Below, in pieces: positions 37,150 to 51,080 of a stretch of DNA of 64,000 nt (position 1 is the stretch's first letter; the number at the start of each line of letters is the position of its first letter). The notes below the pieces were generated by a model. The model was given only the letters and a program-made list of their open reading frames with translations. It had not been told where the DNA came from and searched no databases. The stretch covers positions 39,618,001-39,682,000 of the forward strand of contig NC_043004.1 of NCBI RefSeq assembly GCF_006345805.1. Direction: 5' to 3'. The stretch comes from Octopus sinensis. Its lineage: Eukaryota. The position numbers were made by a program, and so were the translations under genes.

Positions 37150-37428
37150 TGTAGTGACAATGATAGCGGTCGTAATGATGGTGGTGGTGGTGATGGTAGT
37201 GGTTGTAGTGATGGTGGTGGTGCTAGTTCAGGTTGTAGTTGTGCTGATGGTTGCTGTAGTAGTATTGGCAGTGGTAGGGGCGATAGTTGCAGAGGTATCT
37301 GGATGATATTGATGCAAGCGAATGGTATTTGTGGAAGTGGCTGTAGTTGTGGTGGTGGCGGCGGCGGCGGTGTGGTGGTGGTGGTGGTTGTGGTGAAATG
37401 TGGGGAAAGCAGTTTGGCGATCGTATTG

Positions 37429-37652
37429 CGACAGGTTGCTGAAAATTTCTTGGCTTTAAAGATGTCGCGAAAGGCCTGGCTGGAGGCTCAGACTTCCGAG
37501 ATATTTTACAGGGCTTAGCAAAAAAAAAACTGAAGGACCGCTGCAATAAGTGGGTTAATCTGAGATGTGAAAATGTTAAATGAGATCATAATTAACTGAT
37601 TCTCCTGTATTTTATTTTAACCAAAGCCAAGAACTTTTCAATACCCCTCGTA
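37429..37652 (+). mobile_element. Mariner-type MITE
   Basis: TIRs CGACAGGTTGCTGAAAATTTCTTGGCTTT and AAAGCCAAGAACTTTTCAATACCCCTCGTA. Confidence 0.75.
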
Positions 37653-38047
37653 CTTCTGGTAGCAATTTCAGAAGTTTTATTAAATATATGGGTGATTCTT
37701 ATTTCTGCTTTCTCATCTCGCAAATAAATTCTCTCAAAATAGCTGTGTTTTTGCAGAACAAAACGGTATGGAGAGTCGGAAGTGGGAAGCAGTTTTTTAA
37801 CAGAATGTTGAAACTAATCCAATTCGGTTGTCTGAGCATGGTGTTACCAAATAATACTGACTCATTTCACATTATATGTCCAGAAGAATATGTGTGCCTG
37901 TCTTTGTACTGGTTTACGTCCCGGTAACCTAGCGGTTCACTTATAGGAATCAATAGAACTAATTCCAGACTTAAAAATAAGTGCTGGAGCCTTCTGCTGA
38001 GGTCGATTTTGCCTTTCATCCTTTCGGGGGTTCATAAATTAAGTACC

Positions 38048-38280
38048 TATTTCTTTATAACCCACAAGGGGCTAAACACAGAGGGGACAAACAAGGACAG
38101 ACATAGGTATTAAGTCGATTACATCGACCCCAGTGCATAACTGGTACTTAATTTATCGACCCCGAAAGGATGAAAAGCAAAGTCAACCTCGGCGGAATTT
38201 GAACTCACAACGTAACGGCAGACGAAACACCGCTAAGCATTTCGCCCGGCGTGCTAACGTTTCTGCCAGCTCGCCGCCTT
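38048..38280 (-). mobile_element. Family B SINE inserted antisense into an older family B copy
   Basis: 14-bp TSD ATAAATTAAGTACC at 38034-38047 and 38281-38294. Confidence 0.9.
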
Positions 38281-38820
38281 ATAAATTAAGTACCAGTTGC
38301 GTACTGGGGTCAATCTAATGAAATGGTCCCTTCCTCTAAAATTTCGGGCCTTGTGCCTAGAGTAGAAAAGAATATACCCATAGCTACATTAAGATATATA
38401 TCTTTCAAATTATAAGACGATAAAGGCAGCAAGCTGGTAGAATCGTTAGCACATCGGGCAAAATGTATAACGGTATTTCGTCGATCTTTACGCTCCGAGT
38501 TCAAATTCCGCCGGGATCGACTTTGCCTTTCATCGTTTCGGGGGTTGATAAATTAAGTACCAGTTGCGTACTGGGGTCGATCTAATAAAATGGCCCCCTC
38601 CTCCAAAATTTCGGGCCTTGTGCCTAGAGTAGAAAAGAATATACCCATAGCTACATTAAGATATATATCTTTCAAATTATAAGACGATAAAGACGGCAAG
38701 CTGGTAGAATCGTTAGCACATCGGGCAAAATGTATAACGGGATTTCGTCGATCTTTACGCTCCGAGTTCAAATTCCACCGGGATCGACTTTGCCTTTCAT
38801 CGTTTCGGTGTCGATAGAGT
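38281..38820 (+). repeat. Tandem duplication of a ~267-bp SINE-containing unit
   Basis: ATAAATTAAGTACCAGTTGCG at 38281 and 38548; the two units are near-identical. Confidence 0.9.
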
Positions 38821-40918
38821 AAGTACCATTTGAACTTTGGGGTTGATGTAATCGACTTATCCACTCCCACGAAATTTGCTGGCCTTGTACAAAAATTTGA
38901 AATCAGTTTAAAGACAGTAACTTGTATTAATTGTGAACGGAATTTGGCTGCTCTTTCTAGCACGAAAAAGCAACCACGACCACATAGAGACTTCTTCATG
39001 TAATCTAGTTAGTTTCCTGGCATGCGTAAATTAAGATGAAATGTTTCTTTAGACGGAAATAATTTTCTTAAAAGAAGTTTATATATACCCACTTTAGCTT
39101 ATTCACCTGTGTATGTACTTTAACGGAGATCTAGAGCATCGTGTATTGGATATCAGTAGTGTATTTGGTGCTGTTAGATTATAGCACGGTTGGATATGGA
39201 ACCAGCAGAATGGTTTGTCAATTTATTACCATATCAATTGCGCCATGAGACCCGCCGACGTCGTTTGGAGGTCTATACTGAAAGGAATAAAGTAGAGTAA
39301 ATTTGTTTTAATTTATCTCTGTCTCTTGCGAGAAGGAAATCTGCTACGCACGCACACACACACACACACACACAGACACACACACACACACTCACACACA
39401 TACACGAAGAGTGAGAATGAGAGAGAGAGAGAGAGAAAGAGAGATGCATATACATATACATGCGTGTGTGTATATGTGTTTGTGCGTGTGTGTGTGTGCT
39501 GTGTATTTGTATGGAAATGCATAAGTGTGTATTTATTTTATTACTTGGGATGCTGGCATGGGTTGGATGGGTCTTGCTGCATCTTGTAATTCGCGGGAGT
39601 TCTTAAGCATTCAGCATATACAGCAACGGAGATAAGCCGGTCACTTCAATCGGTAGAGAATAGTGAGTGATGAAATGGATAAGGCCTAAAACTTTGGTAT
39701 CTGTAACTCCTTTTCTCTATCTCCACATATTCCCGATGATCTAATATTTGCCAATAACCGATCGGTTATACTACTAAACTGAGGACCGTCTGCAGCAATA
39801 ATTTGGCGCAATATAGCCAATTGTATAAGGTAGTGGTTAGGGCAGCGGACTCGCAGTCGTAGGATCGCGGTTTCGATTCCCAGACCGGGCGTTGTGAGTG
39901 TTTATTGAGCGAAAACACCTAAAGCTCCACGACCTCCGGCAGGGAGTGTTGGCGATCCCTGTTGTACTCTTTCGCCACAACTTTCTCTCACTCTTTCTTC
40001 TGTTGGCCTGCTCGCTTAGCCAGCGGGGTGGCGTCATTTGAAAGCTAAAACAATGCGAAGCGCATTGTGACCGGCGATGTGTAGCAACATCTGATAGCCT
40101 GGTCAGTCACGGTGACGGTGACGGTATATGGTATCAGATTAGAGACTTCCTGAACCTTGGAACCCGTTGTGTTTTATTTCTGAGCAAGGCAAATACTTGA
40201 ACATGTCTCATCTTTACTATGTTGAAGATATATAGCAAACATTCTGGAATATTACTCTATCACAGACCGCATTTCTACTTAAGGAATGAAAATTGTATGT
40301 TTTGCTTATCTCTTATTTACTTGTTACGGAGCAGAAAATGGATCGAAACTCATTCTCTTGATATTAGTCATTGGTGGATTAATAATTTATAAATTACTCA
40401 TATTATATTTCGATGTGTTTTATCGATTCTGAACAGGTGATATTGCGTATTATCTTATCGATTCGAAATACATAAACAACAACACTGAAACCAGTGTAGT
40501 TTTATTTCAGTGTTGCATTTTTTTGAGAGGAAAAACCTCTGACGTATCAACAAATTAATATTTTAACATCGTTGGGCACAACGACTCGCATCTAATGGGA
40601 AAGAGGATTAAGAAAGCATAGCATTCATAGACTTTTTTTCATAGTGACATTAGTGATGGAATATAGAAATATCAGCTCTCTAATTATACCTTCGAAATAT
40701 TTGTTTCACCAAAAGAGTGCGCTTCTGTGGAATATTTGGAATACGTTATACACTTCTTGTTAAATATATGACAGCTAATCGAAGAAACAAATGCTCAGCC
40801 AGTAGGAACATATAGCATCTACAGTAATTTCTTCAGAAACAGACCCGACCCAGGAGTGATTTCCTACTAGTTTCCCAAGTAGAGATGAAGCCCATAATCT
40901 TCCCCAAGAAGCTATCGA

Positions 40919-41347
40919 GAATCTTTTCGGTTTGAACGGCAGTTTTTTCTAGCGGTGTCATATGAAATTGTCACCCATAATTATGACCCTAGTATCGATC
41001 TATTGCATTTCAATCTGTTTTAGGGTTAGGGTTAGTTAGGATTAGGGGTGGGGGAGAGGGTATCTGTTTTTCTTCACAAATGTAAATAAACCCAATCTGT
41101 TTCTTAAACGAGGGACATATTCATACGGCACAGAATGATTTTTTACCTCAATAGACGTCACTGATTGGTTGAAATTGCAGAAATTGAAGAAAAAACAACA
41201 ACAAATATCTTACAAACCATAGAATTTTCTCAATAAAGCCAAGAGAAAAAGATGTTTTATAAACACATTCTACCAATATACGAAGTTTAAAATTTTTTAG
41301 TTACCTAGAAATTATGTTAAAAACTGCTGTTCAAACCGAAAAGATTC
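40919..41347 (+). mobile_element. MITE family M, copy 3
   Basis: TIRs GAATCTTTTCGGTTTGAAC and GTTCAAACCGAAAAGATTC; flanks GCTATCGA and GCTATGA. Confidence 0.9.
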
Positions 41348-43389
41348 GCTATGATTTATTTGCTGGAATAAATCGATAAGAACCATGGCGTATCTAGTTC
41401 TGATGAGAAACACAGTCTTGTAGTAGATTTGATCTCGAGACACATAGGCTTCAAACTGAATACCTCAGCATCTATGGAATTTCACTTTAAATAATTCCCT
41501 GTGATTTATGGTTTGTGTCTTTATTTGTTTTTGTTTTTTTATATATTTCCAATAACTTGTGGCACCTATTTCGCATATTCTGGTGATTTTCCTGTCTCTT
41601 TCGCGGATCTCAAATATGTTTGTGAGTTTAACCCTAAATTCTGTGATACAGCAAGGCAAGAAAACCCAAACAAAAGTAAACGAAGGAAGACATCCTATTT
41701 TAATTCCTATTCGGTATTTGTTATTGGATATCGTGAATCAACATTGGATAAACGTCCATCTGTCTCTGACAGGAGAAAATCCTGGAAATAAAGCAGAAAG
41801 AAAAATAAATCTGAGTAAAAAAGATAAAATAAATGAAATAAAATAAAATAAAACGTGATAATAAATAAATGAACGAGTTTCCAAATCCGGATTTCTTTTT
41901 TCGTTCAGCTTTAAGATCTGTAAGATATTAAGAATGACAAAAATAGGATAAATAAATAAATCAAATACTCAACATTTGTTAAATTCGTTTAACTTATTGA
42001 CGATGTTCTCAAACAAACAAACACTGGTGTGCTTTACAGCTCGTTATCCTAAAAGAAAACAACCGAATGCTGCCACAAGATGTTTGTTTCAAAATAATTA
42101 CTTAAGTCATTCGACTTGATGAAACAAGTGCAGGAATGCCAGGCCTTCGTAAAAATGGTTAAACATAGCAAATTCCTTCAAAATACAAACAGGAATTATT
42201 TTTACGTAGGCTTGAAGCTTGAAAGTTACTGAAAACATCATGTAACACTTAAAGGGAACTTAAACGAAAGACTTTGTCTTAATATTTTGCAACGGTTTCC
42301 AAACTTTTTCACTACAAAGGATTCACCCACTTTTTATTGAAATATATTTTTTTTTTGTTTCCAACAGATCTCAGTTTTTTTTTTAATACGCTTCCCAGCC
42401 ACATGGTTCCGGGTTCAGTTCCACAGCGTGGCACCTTGGGCAAGTGTTTTCTATTATAGCCTCCGGCCGACCACTGCCTTGTGAGTGGATTTGGGATTTG
42501 GTAGACGGAAACTGAGAGAAGTCTGTCGTATATACATATATATATATATACATATGTAAACACACACACACACATATATATATTTCTTTATTACCCACAA
42601 GGGGCTAAACACAGAGAGGACAAACAAGGACAGACAAACGGATTAAGTCGATTATATCGACCCCAGTGCATAACTCGTACTTATTTAATCGACCACGAAA
42701 GGATGAAAGGCAAAGTCGACCTCGGCGGAATTTGAACTCAGAACGTAGCGGCAGACGAAACACCGCTAAGCATTTCGCCCGGTGCGCTAACGTTTCAGCC
42801 AGCTCGCCGCCTCCCCCCCCCATATATATTCGAGTGTTTATGTCTGTGTTTGTCCCTCCTCCATCGCTTGACATCCGATCTTATTGTGTTTACGTCCCCG
42901 AAAGCTAGCGGTTCGGCAAAAGAAACAGATAGAATAAGTACCAAGCTTACAAAGACTAAGTCCAGGGGTCGATTTCTTCGACTAAAAGGCGGTGCTTCAG
43001 CATGGCCACAGTGAAAATTTCTGTAACAACTAAAAGTGTAAACATGAAAAAAGGAAACTAGTTTTGCAAGTTTCACCTTCCTGTTGAAATATATTCTTTT
43101 ATTCTTTTACTTGTTTCAGTCAGTTGACTGTGGCCATGCTGGAGCACCGCCTTTAGTCGGCCTGAGGCTATAGCAGAAAACACTTGCCCAAGGTGCCACG
43201 CAGTGGGACTGAACCCGGAACCATTTGGTCCGTAAGCAAGCTACTTACCACACAACCACTCCTACGCCTATGTGTGTGTGTGTGAGTGCGTGTGAATGTG
43301 CATGTATCTCATCTCTCTCTCTCTCTCTTTCTCATATATATGTATATATATATATATATATGTATGTATATATACATATACATATATAC

Positions 43390-43421
<32 letters not shown>

Positions 43422-44062
43422 CTGTGTGTGTGTGTATGGACTTCTTTCAGTTTCCATTTATCGAATCCATTCACAAGGCTTCCTTCGTTCGATCCCGGGG
43501 GCTATAGCAAGAATCACTTGCGCAACGTCCACGCTGTGGGATTGAGCCCCAAATCATGTCTTTGGGAAGCATACTCCTTACCACACAGCCACACAGCCAC
43601 ACTGGCGTCTATGTACGGATATACATTTTAGAAGCAAAACAATACACATCTATAGGGGACACATTGTTTCCCTTCACTACTTCCATAGAACAGCAGCAAA
43701 GAATGTCGGTGATTTGCGCAACAATTTCCTGCGTTTCCGTTCAACTAGCAAATAACGGTATTAAGGAACGACTGTACCAATAAAAATAACATTCAGCTAA
43801 ACATTAAAAAGAAAAAGAATACGTCATGTGATTGCTCTATTGTTTTGCTAGTGTTGCTGCTGCTGCTGCTGCTGATGTGAGAGTTGGAGAATCTAAACGA
43901 GGCATTTATATTTCGGATCCTTTTTTTATTCTTATTATCACTTCTAAAGGAAGACGTACTTTTATTCCATTGTTTAGAGGAAGCATTTAGTCAACACACA
44001 CATGATTACTTCAGAATGATATATATTCACTTGCTATTGTATATGTGTATTTCTGTATTTAT

Positions 44063-44104
<42 letters not shown>

Positions 44105-44230
44105 GCACACACACACACGCATACATGCATGTACGTGCGTGTGTATGTACAAAGATATATATATGTATACATATTTAGAGAGAGAGAGAAGGGAGAGAAA
44201 TAGATAGAGAGATAGATAGATGTATGTATG

Positions 44231-44276
<46 letters not shown>

Positions 44277-44352
44277 AAGATAGGCAGACAGGCAGATACA
44301 TAGGTAGATATAGACATATATGTGTTTGTGTGTGTACAGCATATATATATAT

Positions 44353-44391
<39 letters not shown>

Positions 44392-44514
44392 AACATAAAT
44401 AGCATATATTTTGTGTAAGAACTTTATATATATAATATATATATATTAGAAATATTGAATTTCTAAATGTCTCAGAGACATGAGCGGTGGTGGAGCGATA
44501 GAATGGTTGTATAG

Positions 44515-44899
44515 TGTCAACATAACGTGACAGTCCCGTAAGGGAATTACACCACCGCTATTTAGCCCTAGGAAGCATCGACGCTTCCTGTCGGCTTTGA
44601 CACATTTCCTGTGTCCTTATATTTGTGAAGGGGAGGCAAGCACCCCCACCAGCTAGGATTCACCCCTGAGAACATGCATGTTTCTGGTTCTTTCCCGTCA
44701 TCAGCACAGGATAGTGAAACCTGCTAGTTAAAATGCTTGTCAGGTTGGAATCCTAGCTGGGGGGGGGGGGGTGCTTGCCTCCCCTTCGCAAATATAAGGA
44801 CACAGGAAATGTGTCAAAGCCGACAGGAAGCGTCGATGCTTCCTAGGGTTAAACAGCAGTGAGGTAATTCCCTTACGGGACTGTCACGTTATATTGACA
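44515..44899. mobile_element. Foldback (MITE-like) element with ~150-bp arms and a central hammerhead motif
   Basis: Arms 44515-44661 and 44748-44899 are reverse complements with about 7 substitutions plus a C-run length difference. Confidence 0.85.
44665..44710 (-). ncRNA. Type I hammerhead ribozyme motif (slightly degenerate)
   Basis: RNA CCUGUG-CUGAUGA-CGG(GAAAGAA)CCA-GAA-ACAUGCAUGU-U-CUCAGG: intact core, palindromic stem III, GUU triplet, one U-U mismatch in stem I and a weak stem II. Confidence 0.7.
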
Positions 44900-46445
44900 T
44901 ATATATATATAGTAATAACACGATATTTTAAAGATTTCGCTTTGACAATTATCATAGTCTTTTATACTTCGTGATTAAGAGTAAAAGTATAAATGGTGAA
45001 ATACATGAAGGCGAGGGAGTAGCTAACAGTGTAAAGTTTGATAATTATTAAATTATCATTGACTACAAACGATAATTTCTAGTGCTTTTGTATATCTCAG
45101 ATCTACTCGGAAGGGACACCCTTAAGATGAAAGCCTTCCATCCATTTTTAACCTTGCTCAGTTTTGTATATCGCTTATGAAGGCAGTAACGATAACTCGA
45201 TTGTGGTTTTCCTGCTATTTGTAGTTCAGGTTCATCGACTGTGTTTAGCTTAAGTTTATCTCCCTTCACATCGACTGTGTTATGCTTCAGTTTATCTCTA
45301 TATATGTAAACGGCAAAATGTCTGTGTGTGTGTGTGTCCTTCATACAAATCCACAATTTTTCACTTAGAGAGCTCACACTTTCTATGGTCATTCAAAACA
45401 GTCCAAGGGTGGTCGTGCATCTTTACATTTCCCCAATCACCCGGCAATGCCATTAAAAAATTAATAGAAGTGACTTTTTATGAATTTTCTATCCAAAACC
45501 CAATCAAAATGCCCGAAACTTGATACGCCAATTGAATGCCAGCTAGCTGTATGTGATTGGTCTGAGATTTGGACAGTACTCGCGTGTATGTGCGCACACA
45601 TGCAGCTGTATATGCATGCACTAGCACTATGATAAAATGATTTTCAGCTGATTTTAACCGTCGTGTTTATTTATATATCATGAAGTATACAGCCCAGTGA
45701 GTCCTTCTTTCGTTATGAAATTACGTTATATGATTTGATAAAGATTTGGCTGCTATCTATAGTGTTTTAAACCAGGTGGTTATACAGAAAACTTCTTCAT
45801 CACACAGTTATGCATGAAGAGGATAAAAGGGACGGATATATATGAATGATTTAGGAGAGAGAAAGAAATGGATAAATTTTGACCAATCTTTATTGAAAAC
45901 GATTAAATACTTCATTAAGGAATCAACAACCAAAGAAAACTTCAAATTGATTAGTTCGAGTATGACCGTAAACTTCCCAACGAAAAGCTTACATGCCAAT
46001 GAGAAGCCTACATGCCAGCCATGTGGTCTTGCTTAACTGTGAATGTCTTCTACTATAGCCCCATGTCGCCCAAAGATTTGTGAGTGAATTTGGTAGACAG
46101 AAAGAAGCCCGTCGTATGTATGTATATATACATATATTATATGATCACGTGACCGACCAGGTCATCAGATGCTGCTACACATCGCTGGTCACAGTGCACT
46201 TCGCATTGTTTCAGCGAGCAGGCCAACAGAAGAAAGAGTGAGAGAAAGTTGTGGTGAATAAACACTCAATAAACACTCACAACGTCTGGTCTAGGAATCG
46301 AAACCGCAATCCTACGACCACGCGTCCGCTGACCTAACCACTGGGCCATTGCGCATCCTCACACACACACACACACACACATAAATATATGTATGTATGT
46401 ATATATATATGTATGCATGCATGTATGTATATCTATGGCAGATTC

Positions 46446-46496
<51 letters not shown>

Positions 46497-46744
46497 TATG
46501 CGTTGTATGTGCATACGTACATAATACACACACATATATGTGCATACACACACACGCACACCACACATATATGAGTGTAGATATTTACGCGGGTATATCT
46601 TTGAGCGTATGCTGTATTTGACCCCACGACTGTTCGACAAGCGATACTGGATTGTTACGTTCCCATAACAAGGCGGTTTGGCAAAATAAAAATCAACAAA
46701 ATATGTACGAGGCTTTAAAATGTAAGTAGTGAGGTTGATATTTT

Positions 46745-47179
46745 GGATCTTTTCGGTTTGAACGGCAGTTTTTAACATAATTTCTAGGTAACTAAAATAT
46801 TTTAAACTTCGTATACTGGTAGAACGTGTTTATAAAACATCTTTTTCTCTTGGCTTTATTGAGAAAATTCTATTGTTTGTAAGATATCTGTTGTTTTTTA
46901 CTTCAATTTCTGCAATTTCAACCAATCAATGACGTGTATTGAGGTTATAAACATTCTGTGCCGTATGAATATGTCCCTCATTTAAGAAACAGATTGGGTT
47001 TATTTACATTTGTGAAGAAAAAAAGATACCCTTCTCCCTACCCTAACCCTAACTAACCCTAACTAGCCCTAACCCTAAAATAGATTGAAATGCAATAGAT
47101 CGATACTAGGCTCATAATTATGGGTGACAATTTCATATGATACCGCTAGAAAAAACTGCCGTTCAAACCGAAAAGATCC
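46745..47179 (-). mobile_element. MITE family M, copy 4
   Basis: Perfect 8-bp TSD GATATTTT (46737-46744 and 47180-47187); internal CCCTAA repeats. Confidence 0.9.
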
Positions 47180-47648
47180 GATATTTTCGACTAAAATCCT
47201 TCAAGGTGATATCCAGGTATATTTGCAGTTCAATAAGTAAAACGTAGATTCACTCTACAATTTGCCAGTTACAGAAGACGACCGTAGGTACTTTTCCCAA
47301 GTTGATTCTTTATCTAAACACGGTTCAGTGTTTCCAGGTCTGTGTATGTCGATGGCTTTTAGTGTAGACCTAATGACATCATGGAGCGAAGGCGGAGTTG
47401 GTTAATACGGAAAGTAGAGTTAACCAAGTAGTAACTGAACAAGTTCACTGGCATTCCACTAATCAAATATTAAACGAACAGGCTAACTAATTTAGAACAA
47501 ATAGATAAACGGAACTTGATTCTAAATAAACCAACGCAATTCTGAATGCAGACATTACAGACTATGCTGACCTCTCCATCTCTTTTTCATTACATCCCTA
47601 GTATCTTTCTAATCTTGCTACCGTCTTTAACGCTATCTTGGCCGCTGC

Positions 47649-47654
47649 TGCTAT

Positions 47655-47703
<49 letters not shown>

Positions 47704-47704
47704 T

Positions 47705-47738
<34 letters not shown>

Positions 47739-47872
47739 TTTCTCTCTCTCTTTCTCTCTCTCTCTTCTCTCTCTCTCTCCCTCTCTGTATCTATCTATCT
47801 ATCTATTATCCCTCACTCTTTCTCTCTCTCTCTGTTTCTATCTATCTATCTCTCCCTCACTCTCTCACTCTT

Positions 47873-47928
<56 letters not shown>

Positions 47929-47960
47929 CTTCTCTCTCTCTTCCTCTCTCTCTTACTCTT
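47649..47960. repeat. ~310-bp (CT)n/(CTAT)n pyrimidine-rich tract
   Basis: Directly visible. Confidence 0.95.
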
Positions 47961-48500
47961 TCTCCACTCAAATCTCACCCACTTTTCTTCAGAGAAACAA
48001 CGTTTCTTTCTCGATCCCCTTCTTTCTTCTATCTTTCTTTCTCTCGCATCGTAGGAAGGATGTTTTATCACCATCACCATCACCATCATCATCATCATTA
48101 TCATCATCATTGTTATTGTTGTTGTTATTGTTGTTATTATTTTGTATTATTTTTCTTTTAATCTTTCGCAACATCTGTCTGAAACGTCTTATCAATGTAT
48201 CTATGAAACAACACATCTCAATTACTTCCCTTGTTTTCCATTCTTCGCACGTCAACAGACATACAGACAGACACACACACACAGACACTCAGGCACACAC
48301 ACACACACACACTCAGACACAGACACACACACGTACACAGACACACACATATATATATGTATATGTGTATGTAAGAACGTATGTATTATATGTATGTATG
48401 TATTATATGTATTATATGTATGTATGTGTACACATCCACACACCACACACATATATATATATATATATATAAACACCAACATTTAATGTGATGAAGAAAC

Positions 48501-48554
<54 letters not shown>

Positions 48555-49160
48555 GTGGTGGAGCGAGCAATATTCGTAGACAATTTCTGGTAGCGTTATA
48601 ATTCGAAGTTCATAGGACACGGTTATAAATTCTGCGAGACTAGGTTTAGAAGTCTTTTTTTTTTTGCTTATTTATATTCACTCGTTCCTTTTTTACGATG
48701 GACATTTAAGTTTTGCGTTACTTCCCACCATATGTAAGGCTAGTATTTGTTTACATTTTCAGCTTGTCATAACCTGCTATCTCCCTTCATGTTTGAATTA
48801 ACATCTGTTTTAATGTTTTCCGTATCAGTAGTCTTCCGAGACCAAATAATGTAGACACGCGCCTTCACGAGTGTACCCACGTATACAGATACGATGTAAT
48901 ATGTATAATACGTATACACATACACTAATAAGTACATATCTCCTCAGCCAAAGATAGGACCTTTACCAAATCGCTCAGTCTGATTAGGAACAGCAGAATT
49001 ACGCTCTGCATTCTTAAATAAAGGTTACCTTGTATAATGTGGTCCCAGATACATTGCCTGAATATAGGATGGTTGGAATCGCCAAGGCTATAACGTATTC
49101 TATCATAATTCTGCTTAATGGGAGCTGGCCTGGAGCTAAACAACCATAACAATACATTTA

Positions 49161-49207
<47 letters not shown>

Positions 49208-49224
49208 ATATATATATATATACA

Positions 49225-49745
49225 TCTTTATATATATAAAACTGAGAATGTGTGTCCGTCTGTCTGTCTGTGTGTTTCCCTAAAACTTGAGAACTACACA
49301 ACCAATTTCATTCAAATTTTACACATACCTTACTTAGGGTCCGGGGAGAGTCATCGGCAAAAAAGTTTTAACTTTTTGCCTAGGACGAGCCCACAACAAT
49401 ATCATATCTTCTCCACTACGATTTTTATAATTTGTATTCTTATCTTATATGTATTGAATTATAAGATATATATGTATGCTATTAAGGTTCTCATTTTGTT
49501 GAATGAATAAATAATCCAACATTATAATATCCGAAAGTTGATGAAGGAACTAAATTTGTTTCTCCATTTTCTTATTTGTATTATAAATTAACAGTAAAAA
49601 TATTTCTTTACCTTCACCCGTTTAATACAATAAATGAGTTAATTGCATTGCAATTAGAAACATTTTTATATTAAGAATCTGGGTATTTTACCAACAGTAT
49701 ATTGGATAAATACTATCCCTTAGAGGGTTACACGCATAACCCCTA
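49225..49745 (+). mobile_element. Helitron-like non-autonomous element
   Basis: A|TC start, TATATATAAAA, (GTCT)n, AACTACACAACCAATTTCATTCAAATTTTACACA and a 3' hairpin GGGTTA-CACGCA-TAACCC. A similar 5' end lies at 52351-~52600. Confidence 0.5.
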
Positions 49746-51080
49746 ACTTACTTTGTGTTTTATATATATATATATATATATACACGTGGAGGCGCAATGG
49801 CCCAGTGGTTAGGGCAGCGGACTCGCGGTCGGAGGATCGCGGTTTCGATTCCCAAGCCGGGTGTTGTGAGTGTTTATTGAGCGAAAACACCTAAAACCTT
49901 CACGAGGTTCCGGCAGGGGCTGGTGATCCCTGCTGTACTCTTTCACCACTCTTTCTGGCCTGCTCGCTTAGCCAGCGGGGTGGCGTCATTCAAAGGCTAA
50001 AACAATGTGTAAAAACATCTGATGGTCACGTGATCACGTGATATATATACGACGGGCTTCTTTCAGTTTCCGTCTACCAAATCCACTCACAAGGCTTTGG
50101 TCGGCCCGAGACTATAGTAGAAGACGCGTTCCCAAGTTGCCACGCAGTGGGACTGAACCCGAAACCATGTCATTGATAAGCAAGCTACTTACAACATAGC
50201 CACTCCTGCCTCTTTAATTTGCTCCAGTCACTGGAATGCGGTCATGCTTCGCCCATACAGCAGCCGTGGAGGGGCATCTCTTCGAAGGACTTAGTTGAAG
50301 AAATCGACTGGTACTCATTTTATCGGTATTTTACCGACCCGCTATGTTACTGAGACGTAAAAAAACGAAACCGGCACCGGTGAGACATACATACGCACGC
50401 ACACACACATACACACACACATACATTATATATGTGTGTATGCATGTATGTATATTTGTATGTACGTATGTATGTGTGTCTATGTATATGTATGTGTATA
50501 CGTATATATACGAGTATATATATGTGTATGTGTGTGGTGTGTGTGTGCGTTTGTGTGTATGTGTATTTGTGTGTGTGTGTGTGCATCGATCGGCATGGGG
50601 CTATAGCAGAAGACTTTTGGCCAAGGTGTCGCAGAGTGGAACTGAACCCGAAACCACATGGCTGTAAAACGGACTTCTTAACTGCACGACCATACCTGCA
50701 CCTCTAGATCATTATATATATATCGATCTTTATAACAACTTATCGATCTGTCTACCAATTGATTTTCCTCGCTTCATCGCACGATGTCTGATGCTTTAAG
50801 ATAGATGTTCGTCTCAATTGCTCAATACCACCCACTCAGACATATCGATCAATCGGTGGATGACCCTATTAAACTCTGCTTGATACACGATTCAGACGTG
50901 CTTAATCTCTGGCTTACCATGTTTTAGTGTGTATATATGTATATATATATATACACACACACATTTTTATACATACATATATGCAAACATATATACATAC
51001 ATATATATATAAAACATTAGGAAAATTCATAGCGATGCTCGGTTACTACAACGAAATATCATGACCAAGAAGGCACTTAC

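Noticed and set aside
41399-41420. CTGATGAGAAACACAGTC hammerhead-like string
   Set aside because: No stem II, and stem I cannot pair.
45063-45392. 109-aa minus-strand ORF with an internal ~42-bp duplication
   Set aside because: No recognisable domain, it starts across a (CA) tract, and there are no credible splice sites.
10429-46170. Other CTGATGA/TCATCAG occurrences (~7014, 10429, 35406, 46162)
   Set aside because: No downstream stem II plus GAAA; two lie within a Tc1 coding region or a SINE end.
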